Shown in pieces: positions 57,534 to 64,000 of a DNA stretch of 64,000 nucleotides; within the stretch, counting starts at the first letter, position 1; each line of letters begins with the position of its first letter. The translations under genes were made by a program, and so were the position numbers. This DNA is from Collinsella sp. Its GTDB lineage: Bacteria > Actinomycetota > Coriobacteriia > Coriobacteriales > Coriobacteriaceae. The DNA lies in contig JAXJBU010000022.1 of NCBI GenBank assembly GCA_036302865.1, positions 4,098 through 68,097 of the forward strand, written 5' to 3'. Under the pieces are notes generated by a model. The model was not told where the DNA came from, did no database searches, and worked only from the letters and a program-made list of their open reading frames with translations.

Positions 57534-58913
57534 CTAATGCACAAACATGCGCACGAACTTATGCTTCCAGTTTGCATAAGGAGCGTAACGGAATGGCACG
57601 TCCAGCCACGTTGCCTTGTTCACGATGCTCTTCTTGTGGCTAAACGTATCGAAGCTCTCGCGTCCATGGTACTGTCCCATACCGCTCGCACCCATGCCGC
57701 CAAAGCCCATATGGCTCGTAGCCAGGTGCATGATCGTGTCGTTGACGCAGCCGCCGCCAAAGGGCACGTAGCGCACAAAGCGCTGCTGAACTGCGCGGTC
57801 TTGGCTAAAGATATACAGGGCCAGCGGCGTCGGACGATCCGTAATAAACGTCTCGGCCTCGTCTAGGCTCTCAAACGTCAGCACCGGCAAGATGGGGCCG
57901 AAAATCTCCTCCTGCATCACGGCGTCATCGGGGGACACGCCGTCCAAAATCGTCGGCTCGATCTTGAGCGAAGCCTCGCGCGCGGCGCCTCCAAGCACGA
58001 CCTTATCGGGATCGATCAGCCCGCGCACGCGCGCAAAATGCTTGGCGTTGACGATATGCCCGTAATCCTCGTTATCGAGCGGATGCTCTCCAAACATACG
58101 GCGGGCCTCCTCCTTGATGAGACCCAGCAGCTCGTCGTGCACGCGCGTATCGACCAGCAGGTAGTCGGGCGCCACGCAGGTCTGCCCCACGTTGAGCCAT
58201 TTACCAAAGGCGATACGGCGTGCCGCGACCTTCAAGTTAGCCGTCGCATCCACGATGCAGGGACTCTTTCCGCCCAGCTCAAGCGTCACGGGTGTGAGGT
58301 TTTTACTTGCACGCTCCATGACGAGCTTGCCGACCGGAACGCTACCGGTAAAGAAGATCTTGTCCCAGCACTCATCGAGCAACGCTTCGTTTTCGGCACG
58401 CCCGCCTTCGACGACCGTCACCAAGCGCGGATCAAATGCCTCTTCACAGATTTGCTTGAGCACCGCGCTCGATGCCGGAGCATAGGCACTCGGCTTGATA
58501 ACCACGGTGTTACCCGCGGCGAGCGCGCCGGCGAGCGGCTCGAGCGTCAGCAAAAACGGGTAGTTCCACGGAGCCATGATGAGCGTGACGCCATAGGGCA
58601 CGGCTTGCGTTTTGCACACGCTCACGGCGTTAGCGAGGTCGCACGGACGCAGGCGCGGACGACTCCATCGCGCCACATGAGCGATCTGATGTCGAATCTC
58701 GGAAAGCGACGTGCCGATCTCGCACATATAGGCCTCGTCATGCGACTTCCCCAAATCGGTCTTGAGCGCATGGGCGATATCGGCCTCGTGGGCCCGCACC
58801 GCATCGCGTAAACTCACGAGCGCGCGACGTCGAGCATCGACATCAAACGTGGCGTGCGTCTTAAAGTAGGCGCGCTGATCGCCGACGATGCGCGCAATTT
58901 CCTCGGTGTTCAT
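57534..58913 (-). CDS. Aldehyde dehydrogenase (ALDH3-like)
   Basis: PWNYP, FTGS, LELGGKSP, GQTCVAPDY, EEIFGP, GFGGMGASG. Confidence 0.93.
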   Translation of the reverse strand: MNTEEIARIVGDQRAYFKTHATFDVDARRRALVSLRDAVRAHEADIAHALKTDLGKSHDEAYMCEIGTSLSEIRHQIAHVARWSRPRLRPCDLANAVSVCKTQAVPYGVTLIMAPWNYPFLLTLEPLAGALAAGNTVVIKPSAYAPASSAVLKQICEEAFDPRLVTVVEGGRAENEALLDECWDKIFFTGSVPVGKLVMERASKNLTPVTLELGGKSPCIVDATANLKVAARRIAFGKWLNVGQTCVAPDYLLVDTRVHDELLGLIKEEARRMFGEHPLDNEDYGHIVNAKHFARVRGLIDPDKVVLGGAAREASLKIEPTILDGVSPDDAVMQEEIFGPILPVLTFESLDEAETFITDRPTPLALYIFSQDRAVQQRFVRYVPFGGGCVNDTIMHLATSHMGFGGMGASGMGQYHGRESFDTFSHKKSIVNKATWLDVPFRYAPYANWKHKFVRMFVH

Positions 58914-58921
58914 GGACCCTC

Positions 58922-60142
58922 CTAATTCTCGCCCTCAAACATACCACCTGCAACGACTTCGTACATATGCTCGAGCTCCAAGCGGTCCATTAAAAGCGGA
59001 ACGGGGTACAGGGGATTGGCCTCGGCATCGGCATGCGCCGCCATCTGCGGAATGTCGGAGCGGCGAATGCCCGAGACATATTTGGGGATTCCCAGGGCCT
59101 CGTTCATGCGGTCGACCCAATCGATAAAGGCCTCGGCCGCAAGACTGTCCTGCGCGGTAGCCGGCGCAATGCCCGCCATGCGAGCAAGATCGGCAAGCTT
59201 GGGGGCGGCGGCGTCACCATAAGCGCGAAGCATATGCGGCAGGATGATAGCGTTGGCCAAGCCGTGCGGAATCCCGTAACGCCCACCCAAGCTGTGTGCG
59301 ATGGCGTGAACGTATCCAACATAGGAGCGCGTAAAGGCAACACCCGCCTTATACGCCGCCGAAAGCATATTGCGACGCGCACGCATGTTATCGCCATGCT
59401 CATAGGCCTCGAGCAAATTGTCATGGATGAGCTGGACCGCCTGACGCGCCATCTTACGCGTATAGGGCATGGTGCTTCGCCCGATAAAGGCCTCAACGGC
59501 ATGCGTCAGGGCGTCCATGCCCGTCTGCCCCGTAATGGAAGCGGGCAAGCCGCACGTAAACTCGGGGTCGTGCACCGCAAAGCGCGGGATGAGCACAAAG
59601 TCGTTAATAGGGTATTTGTAGTGCGTCTCGTCATCGGTAATTACCGCCGCAAGCGTGATTTCGCTTCCCGTGCCCGCCGTGGTGGGAACGGCGATGAGCA
59701 GCGGCAGGCGACGATGAATCCGCAGCAGGCCGCGCATCTTGTTGATGGGCTTGTTTGGCTGCGCAATGCGTGCGCCCACGCCCTTGGCGCAGTCCATGGC
59801 TGATCCTCCGCCAAAGCCGATAATGGCCCGGCAGGCACTCTCTCGATACAGGAACGCCGCTTCCTCCACGTTTGAAACCGTGGGGTTTGCACGCGTTTCG
59901 GCATAGACCGTAACGCCAATCCCCCTGGATGCGAGCGCCGCCTCGAGCGGTGCCGTGAGCCCCAGACGGGCAATGCCGGGATCCGTCACGATAAGGACCT
60001 TCTGGATCGAGCGCTTTTGAAGCACCGCGGGCACATCCTCGGCATGCTCTAAAATGCGCGGCTCGGTATAGGGCAGGATCGGCAATGCAATGCGAAAAAC
60101 CGTCTGATATGTTCGGCACCAGGCACGACGGGCTAGATGCAT
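58922..60142 (-). CDS. Iron-containing alcohol dehydrogenase
   Basis: GGGSAMD, PTTAGTGSE, GMDALTHAVE, HAIAH, HGLANA; start MHLAR. Confidence 0.92.
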   Translation of the reverse strand: MHLARRAWCRTYQTVFRIALPILPYTEPRILEHAEDVPAVLQKRSIQKVLIVTDPGIARLGLTAPLEAALASRGIGVTVYAETRANPTVSNVEEAAFLYRESACRAIIGFGGGSAMDCAKGVGARIAQPNKPINKMRGLLRIHRRLPLLIAVPTTAGTGSEITLAAVITDDETHYKYPINDFVLIPRFAVHDPEFTCGLPASITGQTGMDALTHAVEAFIGRSTMPYTRKMARQAVQLIHDNLLEAYEHGDNMRARRNMLSAAYKAGVAFTRSYVGYVHAIAHSLGGRYGIPHGLANAIILPHMLRAYGDAAAPKLADLARMAGIAPATAQDSLAAEAFIDWVDRMNEALGIPKYVSGIRRSDIPQMAAHADAEANPLYPVPLLMDRLELEHMYEVVAGGMFEGEN

Positions 60143-60398
60143 AAAGGAAACTCCTTCATTTGTTGATAGGTCAACATTTGCTCGCCCGATTGTACTCAGC
60201 AAAGATCGCAGACGGCCTCCCAATCGTTAATCAATCAACATCTTCATATCTCGAAATTGTTTTATTAAAAATCATTCCTAATAGGCTTCACATTTGGTTG
60301 CATTTATGGATAATAGAACTCGTCAAGACGCACGTCCGGAGAGGGCCCTTACGGGACCGGACGAGCGCACAATCGCCATCGATCGAAAGGATCGAATC

Positions 60399-60959
60399 AT
60401 GAAGTTTGTTTGCCCCGTTTGCGGTTATGTGGAAGAGTTCGACGGCGACCAGCTGCCCGAGGACTTCAAGTGCCCCCAGTGCGGTGTTCCCGGTTCTCGT
60501 TTCCTGAAGCAGGAGGAGGGCCAGCTCGAGTGGGCTGCCGAGCACGTCGTGGGCGTCGCCAAGATGGAGGGCGTCTCCGAGGACATCGTTGCCGACCTGC
60601 GTGCCAACTTTGAGGGCGAGTGCTCCGAGGTCGGTATGTACCTGGCCATGGCTCGCGTCGCTCATCGCGAGGGCTATCCCGAGATCGGCCTGTACTGGGA
60701 GAAGGCTGCCCACGAGGAGGCAGAGCATGCCGCCAAGTTCGCCGAGCTCCTGGGCGAGGTCGTGACCGACTCCACCAAGAAGAACCTCGAAATGCGCGTT
60801 GAAGCCGAGAATGGCGCCACCGCCGGCAAGACCGATCTTGCCAAGCGTGCCAAGGCCGCTGGTCTCGATGCCATCCACGACACCGTGCACGAGATGGCTC
60901 GCGACGAAGCTCGCCACGGCAAGGCTTTCGCTGGCCTGCTCAAGCGCTACTTTGGCTAA
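60399..60959 (+). CDS. Reverse rubrerythrin / NADH peroxidase
   Basis: N-terminal CPVCG and CPQCG rubredoxin; ferritin-like GECSE, EEAEHA, DEARHG. Confidence 0.92.
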   Translation: MKFVCPVCGYVEEFDGDQLPEDFKCPQCGVPGSRFLKQEEGQLEWAAEHVVGVAKMEGVSEDIVADLRANFEGECSEVGMYLAMARVAHREGYPEIGLYWEKAAHEEAEHAAKFAELLGEVVTDSTKKNLEMRVEAENGATAGKTDLAKRAKAAGLDAIHDTVHEMARDEARHGKAFAGLLKRYFG

Positions 60960-60992
60960 GCCAACTGCCTGAGACATAACCTCTAGCTCGAT

Positions 60993-61022
60993 GAGGCCCG
61001 GACCGCATGGTTCGGGCCTTCT
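60993..61022. terminator. Terminator between rubrerythrin and pdxR (convergent)
   Basis: gaggcccggacc-gcat-ggttcgggccttc. Confidence 0.65.
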
Positions 61023-61030
61023 TCGTGGGC

Positions 61031-62446
61031 TTATTGCAGCTGCTCTTGAAGAACACTGAGCGACTGAGGGCTCAGGTCGTCGTATTGTATGAGGACGCGA
61101 GATGGAGCGTTCTTAGTCGATGCCCGATCAGCCGTCCACAGGCAATCGGCGATGTTGACATAGGAAATACGAGCGTCAGCGAGAGCCTTCGCGAAACTCT
61201 CCCCCGCCTTGTCCTCGGCCAGGGCAACAGTGCAGTAAAGGCCCGCGTCTGCATGCTCGATCGAGACCTCCCCTGCCGGAAACGCTTTCCGTACAAGCGC
61301 TGCCAGGCCATCGCGTGTCTCGCGAGCACGCACGCGCACGCGGTTCACATGCCGCTCGTAATCACCCGATTCCAGCAAGCGCGCTAAAGCGACCTGGTCA
61401 ACAGAGCTCACCGACGAAGCGTAAAAACCAAGGTCGCGCCCAAACCGTTCCATCAGCTCATCGGGCAACACCATGTACGCCAAACGCAACGCCGATGAAA
61501 GGCTCTTCGAAAACGTGTTGGTATAGATGACCGATTGAGCGGCATCGATCGACGCGAGCGCGGGAATCGGCTTGCCGGCAAGGCGAAACTCACAATCAAA
61601 GTCGTCTTCGATGAGATACCGACCCGGCCGCTCGGCGGCCCAGCTCAGCAACGCATAGCGACGTGCAATGCTCGTCACAAGACCGGTCGGATACTGATGA
61701 GACGGCATCAGATGAAGGACATCGGTCCCGGTTTTCTGCAGCGCGCTCAAGTCCACGCCCTCAGCATCCAACGGGGCATGCCGCACTTCGCAACCCATGG
61801 CCTGATAGATGCGCGTCAAGCGCAAATAGCCTGGATCCTCGACGGCATACACCTTGTCCGCGCCAAGCAACTGAACCAACATGGTATCGAGCAGCTGGGC
61901 GCCCGCACCGATAACGATATTGTCGGGATTGACATTCATGCCCCTTGTCCCGCGCAGATGGTGCGCAATCGCACGTCGCAGTCGAGCGGTGCCCTGCGCC
62001 GGTGCGGGCGAAAAGATTTCACGCTCATCTTCGGACGTCAGCGTCGCCCGTAGCGCACTTTGCCAAAGCCGCGCCGCCTCCAAAGCGGAAGGAGAAAGCG
62101 CATCAAATCGCTCGATCTGTCCGTTGACATCATGCGCGCTGGGACCAACAGGGACGGCATCTCGGTCGATATCCCCCGCAGCCAAAGCCAAAACCGGCGC
62201 ATCCGGAAGCTCGCACGCGTAGTAGCCACGACGCGGCATTGAGCAAATATAACCCTCGGCAAGCAACTGGCTATATGCATTCTCGATGGTAATGACACTG
62301 ATACCCAGATGACTCGCAAAGGCGCGCTTAGACGGCAGATGCTCCCCTGCCGCAATGCGCCCGGCAACAATATCATCGCGAATTTGCTGGTAAACATACT
62401 CATAAAGCGATGCTTCGCCGCGATTTTCCAAATTGTAGTCAAGCAT
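61031..62446 (-). CDS. pdxR: MocR/GabR-family PLP-responsive regulator
   Basis: GntR HTH (LPSKR..AYSQLLAEGYI..RRGYY), PSHQYPTG, IEDDFD, TFSKSL; divergent from pdxST. Confidence 0.85.
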   Translation of the reverse strand: MLDYNLENRGEASLYEYVYQQIRDDIVAGRIAAGEHLPSKRAFASHLGISVITIENAYSQLLAEGYICSMPRRGYYACELPDAPVLALAAGDIDRDAVPVGPSAHDVNGQIERFDALSPSALEAARLWQSALRATLTSEDEREIFSPAPAQGTARLRRAIAHHLRGTRGMNVNPDNIVIGAGAQLLDTMLVQLLGADKVYAVEDPGYLRLTRIYQAMGCEVRHAPLDAEGVDLSALQKTGTDVLHLMPSHQYPTGLVTSIARRYALLSWAAERPGRYLIEDDFDCEFRLAGKPIPALASIDAAQSVIYTNTFSKSLSSALRLAYMVLPDELMERFGRDLGFYASSVSSVDQVALARLLESGDYERHVNRVRVRARETRDGLAALVRKAFPAGEVSIEHADAGLYCTVALAEDKAGESFAKALADARISYVNIADCLWTADRASTKNAPSRVLIQYDDLSPQSLSVLQEQLQ

Positions 62447-62457
62447 GGGTCTATCAC

Positions 62458-62499
62458 CTGACCTTATCGAATCATTCAATCTGGCATTAGTCTGACCTT
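62458..62499. promoter_or_regulatory. Candidate PdxR binding repeats
   Basis: CTGACCTT at 62458-62465 and 62492-62499; variant CTGGCA at 62481. Confidence 0.5.
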
Positions 62500-62591
62500 G
62501 TTATTATCTCGAAAACTGAGTATTTCGCCAAACCCAGCTCCCCGATAGGATGTTCCGTCAAGCAATGTACATGCCAACCAAGGGAGCAACC

Positions 62592-63482
62592 ATGGCAGAA
62601 CAGACCAGCAAGGCCGATCGCGTCAAACTCAATCGCGAGCTCGCGCAGATGCTCAAGGGCGGCGTCATCATGGACGTCACCACACCCGAGCAGGCGCGCA
62701 TCGCCGAGGAGGCGGGTGCCTGCGCCGTCATGGCACTCGAGCGCATCCCGGCCGATATCCGTGCCGCAGGCGGCGTCTCGCGCATGAGCGACCCCAAGAT
62801 GATCAAGGGCATCCAGGAGGCCGTCTCCATCCCCGTTATGGCCAAGTGCCGCATCGGCCACATTGTCGAGGCGCAGATCCTGCAGGCCATCGAAATCGAC
62901 TACATCGACGAATCCGAGGTCCTCTCCCCCGCCGATGATGTCTATCACATCGACAAGACCCAGTTTGACGTGCCGTTTGTCTGCGGCGCCCGCGATCTGG
63001 GCGAGGCGTTGCGCCGTGTTGCCGAGGGCGCCACGATGATTCGCACCAAGGGCGAGCCGGGCACGGGCGACGTCGTTCAGGCCGTGCGCCATATGCGCAA
63101 GATCCAAAAGCAGATCCGCGACGTTGTTGCTCTGCGCGACGACGAGCTCTTTGAGGCAGCCAAGCAGCTGCAGGTTCCGGTCGAGCTGGTGCGCGGGGTC
63201 CATGCCACGGGCAAGCTCCCCGTCGTAAACTTTGCCGCCGGCGGAGTCGCGACCCCCGCCGACGCCGCGCTGATGATGCAGCTGGGCGCCGAGGGCGTCT
63301 TTGTTGGCTCGGGCATCTTTAAGAGCGGCGACCCCGCCAAGCGCGCCGCCGCCATCGTCAAGGCCGTGGCAAACTTCACCGACGCCAAGCTCATCGCCGA
63401 GCTTTCGGAGGACCTGGGCGAGGCCATGGTGGGCATCAACGCCGACGAAATCGAGATCATCATGGAGGAGCGCGGGCGCTAG
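62592..63482 (+). CDS. pdxS: Pyridoxal 5'-phosphate synthase subunit PdxS
   Basis: [52 protein letters not shown]. Confidence 0.97.
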   Translation: MAEQTSKADRVKLNRELAQMLKGGVIMDVTTPEQARIAEEAGACAVMALERIPADIRAAGGVSRMSDPKMIKGIQEAVSIPVMAKCRIGHIVEAQILQAIEIDYIDESEVLSPADDVYHIDKTQFDVPFVCGARDLGEALRRVAEGATMIRTKGEPGTGDVVQAVRHMRKIQKQIRDVVALRDDELFEAAKQLQVPVELVRGVHATGKLPVVNFAAGGVATPADAALMMQLGAEGVFVGSGIFKSGDPAKRAAAIVKAVANFTDAKLIAELSEDLGEAMVGINADEIEIIMEERGR

Positions 63483-63502
63483 TCCAGCAGAAAGGATCGC
63501 AC

Positions 63503-64000
63503 ATGAGCGATTATGCAGACCAAACGGTCGCCGTGCTGGCGGTCCAGGGCGCTTTTGCCGAGCACGAGGCAAGACTGTCCGAGCTGGGCGCACGTTGTAT
63601 CGAGCTGAGGCAGGCGGCCGATTTGCAGCAGAACTTTGACCGCCTGGTCCTCCCCGGCGGCGAGTCCACCGTTCAGGGCAAGTTACTTGCCGAGCTTGGT
63701 ATGCTCGATGAGCTTCGCACCCGCATTGTTGAGGGCATGCCCGTCCTGGGCACCTGCGCCGGCTTGATTCTGTTGGCGCGCGATCTTGCCGCCCATGACG
63801 ATAAGGGCACGCCGCGTTTGGCAACCATGGATGTGCTCGTTGAGCGCAATGCTTACGGCAGACAGCTCGGCAGCTTTCGCACCAAGGGGCAGGTAGGCGG
63901 TATCGACGGTGAGGTGCCGCTGACGTTTATCCGCGCGCCCCGCATCGTCGAAGTGCACGGCGACACTGAGGCCCTAGCCGAAGTCGACGGTCGCATCGTC
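63503..64000 (+). CDS. pdxT: PLP synthase glutaminase subunit PdxT (runs off window end)
   Basis: Not in ORF track. Manual translation: MSDYADQTVAVLAVQGAFAEH...LPGGEST...GTCAGLILL...ERNAYGRQLGSF...FIRAP. Confidence 0.95.
   Translation, partial: MSDYADQTVAVLAVQGAFAEHEARLSELGARCIELRQAADLQQNFDRLVLPGGESTVQGKLLAELGMLDELRTRIVEGMPVLGTCAGLILLARDLAAHDDKGTPRLATMDVLVERNAYGRQLGSFRTKGQVGGIDGEVPLTFIRAPRIVEVHGDTEALAEVDGRIV

Noticed and set aside
1..64000. CRISPR array, rRNA/tRNA genes, IS/integrase or prophage
   Set aside because: No regularly spaced repeats, tRNA/rRNA signatures, or transposase/integrase/phage structural motifs were recognised by inspection.

Overview
This is a GC-rich chromosomal window that looks like a gut Coriobacteriia (Collinsella-like; inferred from gene content and codon style, not verified). 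Most of it is housekeeping and metabolism: fba, rel, a RecJ-helicase fusion, a liv-type ABC operon with two paralogous binding proteins, hom, purL, kdgT, azlCD, an Etf-coupled lactate/glycolate-type dehydrogenase, ADH/ALDH, reverse rubrerythrin and pdxR-pdxST. Five things stand out. (1) A tRNA-modification neighbourhood (44.1-50.7 kb) has a bacterial Elp3 radical-SAM/acetyltransferase near a methyltransferase carrying Trm9/ALKBH8-type motifs, plus trmB and a coupled spermidine-synthase-fold gene; this suggests a eukaryote/archaea-style cm5U->mcm5U wobble pathway in a bacterium. (2) An unannotated type I toxin-antitoxin locus (27-aa hydrophobic peptide, antisense sRNA, SOS-like box) lies at 57.2-57.5 kb. 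(3) A Shango-like TerB/ATPase/Lhr-helicase defence operon carries the same SOS-like box. (4) An uncharacterised five-gene secreted/surface protein cluster lies at 34.3-37.6 kb. (5) A BaiA-like SDR lies at 18.4 kb. No rRNA, tRNA, CRISPR array or transposase was recognised. All family calls come from motif reading and recalled sequences; no database search was run.
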